Positions 10,596 to 20,576 of a stretch of DNA of 64,000 nt are shown piece after piece. The position numbers and the translations under genes were made by a program. Numbering within the stretch: position 1 is the stretch's first letter; each line of letters begins with the position of its first letter. Source of the DNA: Porphyridium purpureum (Eukaryota); NCBI GenBank assembly GCA_008690995.1, contig VRMN01000001.1:1-64000 (forward strand), in the 5' to 3' direction. The notes under the pieces are model-generated. The model was not told where the DNA came from. It made no database searches and worked only from the letters and a program-made list of their open reading frames with translations.

Positions 10596-11870
10596 CAGTC
10601 CTGGCTAATACCATCGCAGCACCCGCAATTTGGTCCAAAAAGTTGGATCTTATTGTAAGCTAGCTCATATTGATAGAAAAGGTTTGTTAATCCTTTTCAA
10701 CATTCTTCACATCGACTGTGACGCCAAGCCAAGACGCGGCACACGCAATTTCCTCTTTTTCTTACCATCAGATGGTTCTCAAAAAGGTCTTCACTCGCTG
10801 ACCCATCTTCTCGTACGCACATGGAAAGTCTCCGAGACGAAATTGAGCATGCAACGGCTGGGCAAGGGCGCTATGGCTTTCAAAATACAAAAATGGGCAG
10901 ATCGACGCCTTTGCGGGTCAGGAGCTGTCGGTGCGAGCCATTGCGATGGCTTTGATGCCGCGCGCAAATCGCTCGAGGCTGTCCTTAGCATCTGTGAGCC
11001 CTTATCTGGCGTCAAGGAGGCGCCGGATCGTCCGCAAGAAGCCAGGTCCGAAACGGCTGTCAAGTCGCAAATCGGCACGCCGTATCATTCGCGCCGTATC
11101 CGTTGATGCACTGACGTCCGAACAGGTGGTTCACGAGCTGCACTTGCAGTGCTCGACCAGGACAGTGTGTCGGACGCCTCAAGCAGCAGGCTTTCTGCGC
11201 TACGAGCGAATCTTGCGAAAGCTTTCGCTTTGGTCTTACAGCACCAGGAAGCGTTAGGTATTTGCCATCGTATTCATTGCGAAGCCAATGGCTCTCTTAC
11301 ATGAGTTGGTTTTTTCAGACGGGACGATTTACCGTTGCGATGGCCCGTTCGGCTCCTCGCAGGGATGGGTCGACTGTCGTGCCAAGTCAGGTTTGTATGC
11401 CAGGCGCCAGCATTCTGGAGGTGGCAAGGTCTATATGTAAGCCGGTATGTCCCTGAGCGACCTGCCGGTGGCCGTCTTCGTGCCGTAAAGTATCCACAAG
11501 TATTACTCTAAGCCCTACTTATGTTTGGAATAGAAATGTATGACTAATTTCACTTTCGAGCAAGGACTGCGCCGGCACAGACAGCGAACTCGACGGAAGG
11601 CGTGGTACGATGAACTCCATGTCACAGTGCTCCCGTGGTTTTGAAGGTCACTGGACATCAACTCAATTGAAAATATTTGGATCGACGTGCCGTGCGTGGT
11701 TTATCCAAAAGGCCGCCAGTTCAAATGCTTCGTCGATATTATGACTATTGTTCTTGCAGCAGAGGCGAAGGAAGCCCAGAGGTACCTAGCACGACTGCTC
11801 GAGTCTACACGTTACTGTCGTTATGCCTCGCTGTACGCTTGTGGATAAGAGAAAAAGTCCTAATATTTTC
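10596..11870 (+). pseudogene. Degenerate Tc1-family element related to copies 1 and 2
   Basis: TIR-like CAGTCCTGGCTAA at 10596; fragment KKPGPKRLSSRKSARRIIRAV..DALTSEQVVHELHLQCSTRTV aligns to the intact transposase; SLDINSIENIW resembles SPDLNPVENLW; many stops and frameshifts. Confidence 0.8.
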
Positions 11871-12683
11871 TCCTTGCTCCTCGTTCATCTGTTTCGCATA
11901 CGTTTCATGATTCGCCTTGGCTACCTACACCTATTTTCTGCTCTCCATTGCTCATCCGCTCCTTTCTTGCTTTCTCACTCTCCGTTCAACGCCTCTCAGT
12001 GTTTCTGGAAATGTGCAATTGTTGAACGAGATCAAAACCGTGGTCATTGACGTCAAGGCTCTCGACAAAGACCTGCAATCTCGGTGGCGCAAATAGTGGA
12101 AAATCTTGTGCTTGCGGAGCCGAGCTACGGTGCGCCCTTGTGTCCTTGCTCTAATCCGATTCCTATTCAGGAAACGCTTCTTCGTTGGAACTCAAAGTAA
12201 AGGCTCTGTTCATTTTGCTCAATTTCTGATACCTTGATAACTTACTTTCAGAAATAAAGGCATGCGCACGCTCTCGACATAACCCGATGCGCTCGAGGGA
12301 AAAGCACTAGCTGATGTAAAAGAATCCTCGGCGCAGGTGCCCGTACGATCCGTTGAGTCGAGCGAGCTACTTCACCAAAGGTGACCCTTTGCCAAAGTTG
12401 TGCTGGGAGTCTCGATAACGTTCATGGCAGCAAACCCTAGTTTACCGAGATTCCTCAATTGTGCACCAGTTTCACCTGTGACTGGGTTATCGCCAACCAC
12501 TTTGGCCTCGATTTATCTTGAACTGTCAGATGTTCTCGTTCCCCAGGGGTTTATTTGGGCGACATTCTTCTGTTTGATCAGTAGCGAGCGGCTGAAGACC
12601 GGAATCTTATGACGCAGCGCGGGTTCGGTATAGTACTAGAGCTTACACTCATTGCGCACGCCTCATGGCTTTCCCAGCTCGTG

Positions 12684-15347
12684 TCACACTTTCTCTGCGA
12701 GCAGGTAAGCATGCACATAGTCCATAGCGTGATGCGATGGATCATTCGCGATGCGTTGTGCGTAGCGCTCATACAACTCATCCACCAGCGCGGCTTTTTC
12801 CTCAGCACAACGTTCGTCCGAAAGTGCTGACAAGAACACGCTGTTTGACCATGTCCGAATGGTACCAATAAGTTCCGCCGGCGAGCCCTTCCCACGACCA
12901 TACGGGCACTCTGAGTATCGCCAGTCAAGATGCTTCAACTTCAAGCCCACGCTTCCGTCCAAAAAGGGGGCTGAGAGTTCCTCGGTCGAACGATAGTAGT
13001 TGGGAAAGGTCGCCGCCTCATACTCATGCTGCGAGATGCGTCCTGACTGCTTCATTTCGGACCAACAGCTATTCATTTCTTCGTACATGCATTTGAAACC
13101 TGATTTTCCGTTGAAGCCGAGACAGTGACCAGCCGGGTCTTGTGCCAGCGTCGCTATGACCATTTGCCCGCCAGGCCTCAGCTCCTTTGCTCGATGCGCC
13201 AAAAATAGACGCCAGTCGGCTTCGGCTTGCGCACGAAATGCACGCTTCGCTTCGACAGAGTTCGTTGTCGTGTGGTGCACTGCGTCGTCGAGTAGGCAGG
13301 GTACGCGGCTCAACCAGTGGACCGCCGTGTACGAAGTGCAGAGATCTACGGAGGCCGCCGGGCGGCACTGCTCGAAGAATCCACGGCCACAGGCGGTGTA
13401 GTACACGCCTGGAATGTCTGCAAGCGGAGTTGATCCGAGCGGAAGCGGCTTGAGTCCGGCGGCCAAGTAGAACAGGCTCTTAAAGTCATTGTTCGGTTGA
13501 TCCTCAAAGCACACATCAAGCTCGCACGTGGGCGGAAGAAGCGCTTTGATCGCTTGGATCATCGGCATCTCAGGTCCGCCGTCCGCTGAGCCAAAGTCGA
13601 CCATACTTACAAGTGACAGTTCCTTTTCGCCACCAATGCCAACCATGGCCCGCAGTGCGGACTCCAGAAGGTCCATGGATTTGATAACGACATCAAAGCA
13701 GCCGAGCGTTAGCTTGCTATAGATTGCTTCGCCAACCTCACCATAAGGCACGTGTGCGCGACCGAACGCAGCGGACGTTAACGGTGGCTCGTCGCACACC
13801 TTGGCGACTGTGCCGTTGCCAAGGTGCTGATGATGATGATGCTGCTGCTCCTGCGGTTGCACGTGCGAATCACTCGTATCCGATGCGTCCACGATGGAAT
13901 TTTCAACAGGTTGCGCCTCAGTGTCCAGCCGCGTCATCAGGCCCGGCCGGGACACGGCCATGCGCGAAATGTCAAACTCTGTCTCCGGTACACCGCGTAC
14001 CAGACAGCCGAGCGCGTGACCAAGCAGCGGCGCAAATTTGAATGCTCGCCCATTTCCTGCAGTAAACAGGCTCACGCTGGGGTGGCCTGGAAGCGTGTCA
14101 AGCACGAACATGGCATCGCGCGTCACCGCGTACGGCGACGTATACATATCTTGTCGCTCACCGTACAGCGTGCCCCAGCGCTCGCTTACAAACGCGTCTA
14201 TCTGCGCGACGACGCCGCCGGGTGACTCGTCTGGCGTGTAATCAAAGTGCGACATACTACGCATCCGATCACGCGCAGGCGCAAAATCGACGCCGACTTT
14301 TCCGACGGGCGTGTGATCACCTTGCTTTGGAAATCCGTAGAACAAGGCATCTTCCTTGCCGAAGAAAAACCATTGCCGAGGCTGTTTCTCCGACTGTATC
14401 TTGTAATGCCCCCAGTGCACCTTCCAAACTTCCATGTCAAGCTGAACGTCAAAATGCGCCAGCAGATCATTTGCCCATGCGCCTGCGCACAAGACAACTT
14501 TCCGCGCGCGATAAATCTGGCCGTCATGCGTAAGTATACAGTATAGCTCATTTTCATCGCCACTGATGCCATTCGATCCAGCCTTGTCGCTGTCGCGCCA
14601 CACGTCGGTCACCTGGCAGTTCAGCTCAAGTTGCCAGCGTCCTGATTCCTGCGCGAGTCGCATCATTTCCTCGCATGCCAAGCTTGAGTTTACGGATCCC
14701 GCCTCGTGCTCAATCACGCCCATATCTGCTTGCTCGGCGTAAGTCATACCATCACACGTCGCATATAGCGCTGCGGTGTTGGGTAGAACATCATGCGAAA
14801 TGCCGCGCTGCTGCATCATGCTGATAGCACTAGGAATGCTGCCTTCGACGGTCTCCCCCGTGTCTGGTTCGCCGTAGAAAAGCAGTCCGTTCTCACTCAG
14901 GAGCTTCGTCCCCGACTCGGCTTCGAGCTCGCGCCACATGCGCAGGGCAGTCGTCTGGAGCTCGCTAAAGTACGGGTCGGAGTACATTTGCCGGAACATA
15001 CGAGATTCCCCGTACGACGAACTGCGTTCGTGTGCCACGGCATCGCCCATCTCGAGCACCACGCCGTTCATTTCTGGGTCCTGCTTGCTCAGCTGATACG
15101 CCGCTGCCGTACCGGCCATTCCTGCACCCACAATCACCACGTCTACATCACGCGCGTGCTGTGCCAGCCAAGGTGTCAGCCGCCGCCCTACCGCGCGCAG
15201 GCTCGCCGGGTCCGCAGCACCGTCCGACGAGCAACGCTTGGAAGGGTTCCAAGAGCGGGAATAGAAGCGCTCGTGTCCGTCGTGGCCCGAGCCGGGCCTC
15301 CAGAGTCGGCGCATACCGCGTCTCCGTTCGTCAAACGCTTCGTTGAC
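12684..15347 (-). CDS. MSOX/NikD-like FAD oxidase (~15150-13950) fused to a SABATH-family SAM methyltransferase (~13760-12684); joins the upstream dehydrogenase if one base is removed
   Basis: DVVIVGAGMAG, SSSYGESRMFRQMY, KVVLCAGAW, LFYGFP, GRAFKFAPLLG; His-rich linker; DFGSADGG, FEDQPNNDFKSLF, SYTAVHWLS, FLAHRAKELRPGGQMV, FPNYYRS. Confidence 0.9.
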   Translation of the reverse strand, partial: VNEAFDERRRGMRRLWRPGSGHDGHERFYSRSWNPSKRCSSDGAADPASLRAVGRRLTPWLAQHARDVDVVIVGAGMAGTAAAYQLSKQDPEMNGVVLEMGDAVAHERSSSYGESRMFRQMYSDPYFSELQTTALRMWRELEAESGTKLLSENGLLFYGEPDTGETVEGSIPSAISMMQQRGISHDVLPNTAALYATCDGMTYAEQADMGVIEHEAGSVNSSLACEEMMRLAQESGRWQLELNCQVTDVWRDSDKAGSNGISGDENELYCILTHDGQIYRARKVVLCAGAWANDLLAHFDVQLDMEVWKVHWGHYKIQSEKQPRQWFFFGKEDALFYGFPKQGDHTPVGKVGVDFAPARDRMRSMSHFDYTPDESPGGVVAQIDAFVSERWGTLYGERQDMYTSPYAVTRDAMFVLDTLPGHPSVSLFTAGNGRAFKFAPLLGHALGCLVRGVPETEFDISRMAVSRPGLMTRLDTEAQPVENSIVDASDTSDSHVQPQEQQHHHHQHLGNGTVAKVCDEPPLTSAAFGRAHVPYGEVGEAIYSKLTLGCFDVVIKSMDLLESALRAMVGIGGEKELSLVSMVDFGSADGGPEMPMIQAIKALLPPTCELDVCFEDQPNNDFKSLFYLAAGLKPLPLGSTPLADIPGVYYTACGRGFFEQCRPAASVDLCTSYTAVHWLSRVPCLLDDAVHHTTTNSVEAKRAFRAQAEADWRLFLAHRAKELRPGGQMVIATLAQDPAGHCLGFNGKSGFKCMYEEMNSCWSEMKQSGRISQHEYEAATFPNYYRSTEELSAPFLDGSVGLKLKHLDWRYSECPYGRGKGSPAELIGTIRTWSNSVFLSALSDERCAEEKAALVDELYERYAQRIANDPSHHAMDYVHAYLLAEKV

Positions 15348-16470
15348 AAAATTCGCGCGTTTTCGCGGCAATCTGATTCTGCACAAAATGGTAAGCGATG
15401 TTTGGGCGAAGCGCTGCGAACGAGCATTTGTCCAGGCACCATTCAACCGAGTCGATGATGATCGCGCCGGCCGACGTGATTGACTCGGGCACAAAAACGA
15501 CTCCGCGGGCCGCACAAAGTTCGGCCGCTTGCGGCGTGCGGAACGGTACGTTTGCCGACCCGACGATCGCGCGGCATTGCGGTGCAAGCTCCTGGGCGAC
15601 GCGTTCGTCAATGACACCGGATGCTGCGCATGGCGCGAAAACGTCCATGTGCGCATCGCGAAACCACTCGGTGGGTGCCGCGCTGACATTCTCGCATCCA
15701 GCAATGTCAGCGCGCGAGGGGTCGAGGTCCGTGACGCGCACGCGGCAGCCATGCGCCACCAGACGCGAGGCAAGCGTGGCGCCCACTTTTCCTGCGCCCT
15801 GCACCAGCACACAAAACCCGTCTGCAAGCTGCAGGTGTTCTGCGAGCTCAACGATTGCGGCAAACGTGCCCATGGCGGTGGCCACGTTCGTGTCGAGCGT
15901 GGCGTTGGTGATGCCCGAGAGCACGTACGGCGAGATGGCATCGAGGTACACCATATCATCCGAAGACGTGTTCAAGTCGCAGCCAGTGTACACGCGGCCC
16001 CGCATGAGTGCGAGACTGCGCGCCACCTCACGCATCAGCGCGCGCTTGTCGAGGCACTCTGGTGCGTCTGCCGCAGCCACCACGAGCTTGGCCCCCGCAA
16101 ACCCCGTGTTGAACATGTTGTGCTTCATGCTCATGGTGCGCGTCAACTGTACCACATCCATGACGGCGTCTCGTGGCTTCCTGTACTGCCGCACACGCAG
16201 TCCGCCGTTACCCGGTACCGCGTCGCAGCACGCACTGTCCAGCCCGATATAGAGATCGCCAAGCTTGGCCGCGAGCGCGACCTTGTAAACATCGACCCCG
16301 GCGCCGTCTGCTCCCAGACCATACGCTTTCAAGTCTACGCGCTCCAGTGGCGACCGACTCGTGTCAATCGCATACGTCGGCACGGTCTTCAACGCCGGGT
16401 CGTCCGACCGGGTTCCATCCTTCTCATTGTCACCGGCAGCTGCGTCGACCACGCATGCGGACTGCACCAT
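15331..16470 (-). CDS. Glu/Leu/Phe/Val dehydrogenase-family domain; probably the N-terminal part of a tri-domain protein 12684-16470
   Basis: GNGGLR, MSMK...GFAGAK, YTGCDLNT, TAMG, VQGAGKVG (Rossmann), DVFAPCA, IVGSAN, FVPESITSAGAII. Confidence 0.88.
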   Translation of the reverse strand: MVQSACVVDAAAGDNEKDGTRSDDPALKTVPTYAIDTSRSPLERVDLKAYGLGADGAGVDVYKVALAAKLGDLYIGLDSACCDAVPGNGGLRVRQYRKPRDAVMDVVQLTRTMSMKHNMFNTGFAGAKLVVAAADAPECLDKRALMREVARSLALMRGRVYTGCDLNTSSDDMVYLDAISPYVLSGITNATLDTNVATAMGTFAAIVELAEHLQLADGFCVLVQGAGKVGATLASRLVAHGCRVRVTDLDPSRADIAGCENVSAAPTEWFRDAHMDVFAPCAASGVIDERVAQELAPQCRAIVGSANVPFRTPQAAELCAARGVVFVPESITSAGAIIIDSVEWCLDKCSFAALRPNIAYHFVQNQIAAKTREFCQRSV

Positions 16471-17005
16471 CGCACAAAGGCTCGACTAGCCACGCCTTCC
16501 GACCTTCTTCCTCTGTGCCCACCGAGACACCCGACTCCACGGCGCACTGCGATTGGCGCACTCCCTGCATCATATACCGCGCAGTATCGTGCGACATTTC
16601 AGGTAAGACGGTGGGGGCCGCGGTGCGATGCCGCGCCCGCAGAATCCGCAGTAGCCGCAATCGTATCCGCAGTATCCAGCACACAGCCACAGCCAACAGC
16701 CTGCATGCAGGCACGTGCGCGTGCGAACCGGGATCGCGTGGGGCGCGCGGCGTTCGGCGGCCGCCCGTGGAAGGAGCCGGGGTTTCTACGGCGTGTTTCG
16801 ACGCGCGCCGCGCCGCTGAACGCGCCCGCGCGGGTGCGCGCGCCACCGCCGCGCTGGAAGCTGCCGGCTTACACCGCGCGCTCGGTACCGCGCACTGAAC
16901 ACGCGGGTACAGCCCCGCCCGGCGGCGGCACGCTGCTGCGGAGCACGTGCGGGGGCGTTGCGGGCGAGTGCGGGCTCTGGACGCGCGTCGCAGTGGCCAC
17001 CAAGC

Positions 17006-19864
17006 ATGCCGAATAGGAGCGGGCGCGCCGCGCGGATCGGGCTCGAGCCCGCCGCCGCGCAGACGCGCAGCACGCCGCAGACGAGGAAGCGCAAGCACGA
17101 GCCGGCGTCCGACGTCGTCGTGCCGGTAGAAGTACCCAAGGCAAAGCACAGGAAGGATAAGCAAGCGCGGCCGGCTGGGCAGACGACCAGGAGTGGTGCA
17201 GCGAGTCACGAGGCTGGCGCAGCTCACGCATTCTCGGCGCAAGCTCCTGCTTCGCTCAAAGTGCATCAGTGCTCCTTCATCGACTGGGATGTGCACAGCG
17301 TCGCTCGTATGGCATGCACAGCACGCAAAGTGCGCACGGAGCATGGTACAGAGCAGCTGGTCGCCGTAGCACGTGCAAACGGTGACCTCGAACTGCGCAC
17401 GTCTCGCCTCGCGTACCATGTTTGCTGGTACATGAGCGGTGACGCCTCTAACCCAGTGACTGCGCTCAGCTTTCCGCCGGCTTCCGCCGAAGCTGGGCAG
17501 TGTGCAGTAAGTGCGCTGCTTTGGGTGGCCAGGCTTGACGGATCGCTGACTCTGCTGGCCTTGGACGCCGAGCTGCAGTATTTTCAGCTGATGCAAATAC
17601 ACCCGGGTGGAGGCGCAATCTGGTGCATGTGCGCGATCGATACATATGTACTGCTGGGTTGCGAGGACGGCTGTGTCCGCGCAGTGAGCCTCTTTGATGA
17701 TGAAGATTACCGCGCGCATGCTGAAGTTGCCGTCACGAACAATGCACCAGAGGCCAGGAAGAATGCGTGGTCTCTTGCGCCCCTGCAAACGCGCATGTCT
17801 GTGCCAGGTCAGTCGCGCGTCGTAAGCTTGGCAAGCGACGGCCAGGTCGTCTTTGCTGGGGACTGCTCCGGTACCATTCGGAAGCTGGATGCTCGCTCGC
17901 TAAGTACCGTGGCGTCTATGGCTGTAAGTGGGCGTCATCCAGACACAGTTGTGTGGTGCTTGGTTCTCATACAGAATGAGGCGCATTATAATCGGCCGCA
18001 TGCAGTGCTGTCTTCTGATATATCGAGCCCTGCTTCACACCATGCACAGCTTTTATCGGGGGACTCGCGAGGAATCGTTTCTGTTTGGGACGTGGCCACC
18101 GCAACGAACGAGGCCGAGTTGCAAATTGAAAATCTGGCCGGTGACATACTTTGCATGGCACACGTGCCCTCGCGCCACGCGGAAGGCTGCGCGAGCATTT
18201 TTGTGGGCGCAGCAAACGGCGGCGTGGCGCTCATGCAGCAAAAGCAGCTGAGAAGCTCACACTGGGTCGCGCAGCGTGCGCGCGGCTTGCATACTGGAGA
18301 CGTACGCGTCCTTGTCTACGCGCAAGGCGTGAAACGTGTACTGTGTGCTGGCAATGACCGATCCGTCTCCATGTTTTCACCGTCCAAGTTTATGCTGAAC
18401 GAACCAGTGGTCCGTCTGTTTCCGTGGGCCTCGCCTGGTAAGGCCGCACCGGCGTACGTGCCGGCCATGCCCGGCGATATTGTCGACGGTAAATCGAACC
18501 ATTCGACTGTGGAAGACCCGGTTCACAGAGCGCGCGGTCTGCGACAAAGTTTGCTCGTTGCACACACCGATGCGTCTGTGGATGTATGGCAGCTTTCGGT
18601 GAACCGCGAGCCAGAGCGGTTGCTAACGCTGCGTCCAGCAGGAGGCGGGCTCAGCGGGAATATTTGCTGTGCGGCGCTCCTTCCAGGTTCAAATACTGAG
18701 ATGAATAGCTCGCGCGATCCTGCGCAGGCTTTGATGCCCGCAGGGCCTCTGTCGCTGCCGCACCAGCTGCTCGTGATCTCAGCCATGAGTGGCTTGCGAG
18801 TGTACAAGCTCACATTTGTGCACAAGCACATCATCGAAGTCGAGCCACTGGAGTGGAAGGAGCAGAGGCATCAGCTTTCTTCCGACCAGTTGCCGGCAAT
18901 CAAGTGCGCGTTCAGTATCCGCAACGACGCGCGGGCAGCTTCAACCCAAATAGCATGCGTTTCGGAGCGTGGTGATTTTGTGTATATCCTGCGCGTGGAC
19001 GGTGCGCACGCGTGGATCGAGACGCGCCTCGATTGGTTTGACATCTTACGGGAATCCGCAGTGCGCGATGGTGGGGTCGCTTCCACGCGCTCGGCGGATT
19101 CTGATGAAGACGACTCAGATGATGCTTCTGCGAACGCAGGAGCTGCAACGTCGGCATCGTTCATCACAGCCGCAGTAGCTGCTGACGGTGTCCAAGGCAT
19201 GTCTGATGAAGGCGGTCTCGCTGAGCTCTTCTTGGGTGACTCTGCAGGTAATGTGGTGGGGCTTCGATTTAGTCATGCAAACGTCGATGATTCGCGCATC
19301 CGCCACCGTGTCGTATGGAGCTCGAGTGGATCACAGCACGCCAAGTCATACATTACAAGCATGGCGTTGCAGAAAGATGAGCACAAGCAGCGGCTTGCGA
19401 TCATCACGAGCCCGCTACAAGTGATCACTTACGACTTTGCCAGCGGGTCTGGGCAGCGCGGCGCGGTTTCGTTGACACGGCCGGAAATCTCGCTACCGGG
19501 CTGCTATAGTGCTCCGGCGCATGCATTACGAAAGCAGTGGGGTAACTCGTACCCCGTGACCGGTACTCTCTTTTTAAGCGCGAACAGGCTCCTTTTGCAG
19601 GGCTTGGCGTGCGTGTGCATACTGACCCTTTCCGGCAGCGACAGCGTTGTTCGTGACGACGAATCACGCCACAAAGGCAAGGTACTTATGCGGCACGTGC
19701 TGGGGCGGTCTGGCGCAGCTGCTGCGCATGACAATGAACACATCAATGTGATTGGTGTTGGACTGCTCGCACCTGACCACATCGTAGCAGTGACCAAGTC
19801 CTGGATCGACATGCTCGCGATGCTTCCCGATGTGATTCCGCGAAAAGTGTTCCGCGAAGCGTAA
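17006..19864 (+). CDS. UTP4: U3 snoRNA-associated WD40 protein UTP4/Cirhin
   Basis: VAVARANGDLE, GGAIW, LGCEDG, SGDSRGIVSVWD, HTGDVR motifs; C-terminal LP....RKVF. Confidence 0.8.
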   Translation: MPNRSGRAARIGLEPAAAQTRSTPQTRKRKHEPASDVVVPVEVPKAKHRKDKQARPAGQTTRSGAASHEAGAAHAFSAQAPASLKVHQCSFIDWDVHSVARMACTARKVRTEHGTEQLVAVARANGDLELRTSRLAYHVCWYMSGDASNPVTALSFPPASAEAGQCAVSALLWVARLDGSLTLLALDAELQYFQLMQIHPGGGAIWCMCAIDTYVLLGCEDGCVRAVSLFDDEDYRAHAEVAVTNNAPEARKNAWSLAPLQTRMSVPGQSRVVSLASDGQVVFAGDCSGTIRKLDARSLSTVASMAVSGRHPDTVVWCLVLIQNEAHYNRPHAVLSSDISSPASHHAQLLSGDSRGIVSVWDVATATNEAELQIENLAGDILCMAHVPSRHAEGCASIFVGAANGGVALMQQKQLRSSHWVAQRARGLHTGDVRVLVYAQGVKRVLCAGNDRSVSMFSPSKFMLNEPVVRLFPWASPGKAAPAYVPAMPGDIVDGKSNHSTVEDPVHRARGLRQSLLVAHTDASVDVWQLSVNREPERLLTLRPAGGGLSGNICCAALLPGSNTEMNSSRDPAQALMPAGPLSLPHQLLVISAMSGLRVYKLTFVHKHIIEVEPLEWKEQRHQLSSDQLPAIKCAFSIRNDARAASTQIACVSERGDFVYILRVDGAHAWIETRLDWFDILRESAVRDGGVASTRSADSDEDDSDDASANAGAATSASFITAAVAADGVQGMSDEGGLAELFLGDSAGNVVGLRFSHANVDDSRIRHRVVWSSSGSQHAKSYITSMALQKDEHKQRLAIITSPLQVITYDFASGSGQRGAVSLTRPEISLPGCYSAPAHALRKQWGNSYPVTGTLFLSANRLLLQGLACVCILTLSGSDSVVRDDESRHKGKVLMRHVLGRSGAAAAHDNEHINVIGVGLLAPDHIVAVTKSWIDMLAMLPDVIPRKVFREA

Positions 19865-20221
19865 GGTCATGAGCAGCGGCATCGGAGTACAGAAAGAAAC
19901 CGCGCAGATCTGCGTGACTGAATGACTCTGAAGAAGCAGGCACCTAACTTGTTCATAAATCCAGAATCAGAAAAGAATTATCGTGTTCACGTCTGCTAAG
20001 ACCCCCGAGAAGTCCGAAACATGAAACGCTCTGCCGCAATCCGGAAGGGCCCCCAATTTGAAGAACTGTACTTTGATGAACCGATAAATTTATGATGTGC
20101 CGGCTTCGCGGTTCTAAGGTGCGACCAAATCGGATAGGGAACAGTCAAATTTTTCAGAAAAAATAGTTAATTAATAGTAAATTTTTATCTTTTGCTATGC
20201 AAGAATGCGAGGTGCGCACTC

Positions 20222-20576
20222 TGTTGAAGTACGCCCCCGGCGTAAACCCTGCAAAGTCAAGAAACGGTTTACTTTGTAATACCACTCGCGTCAAAAACAT
20301 ATTCGCCTACCCAAACGCTACACTCAAAATTTCCACCCTACTCCTTGGCCCTGCAGCATTTTATACCCCTGTAGCTGCACTGTGGCGGCGGCGCGGAGAT
20401 GCAAAGCGACAAGGAAACGTCAGTGTGGACTTCTAGAAACGTCGCAAACATACGTGCCCATGGCTCGTGCTAGCACGCAGGCTCGCACCCGACCGAACAC
20501 ATTAAACAGTCCAAACAGTCCAAGTCGTTGACCCGGATAACCATTCAACCATTAACCATTTGCACGTACATCAACA
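20222..20576 (-). repeat. 3' LTR of the copia element
   Basis: Direct repeat of 25553-25907. Confidence 0.95.

Noticed and set aside
15348..15959. First ~200 aa of the 1091-aa ORF as real protein
   Set aside because: This is an Arg/Pro/Ser-rich shadow frame overlapping the dehydrogenase, which carries the conserved motifs.
12684..16470. DMSP or glycine-betaine synthesis as the role of the tri-domain enzyme
   Set aside because: Not excluded, but disfavoured: known DSYB/GSMT-type methyltransferases are not SABATH family, and the NikD-like oxidase plus acidic dehydrogenase pocket fit lysine/picolinate chemistry better.
15529..17788. Long antisense and overlapping ORFs (495 aa and 452 aa)
   Set aside because: Shadow ORFs of GC-rich coding strands with no conserved motifs.
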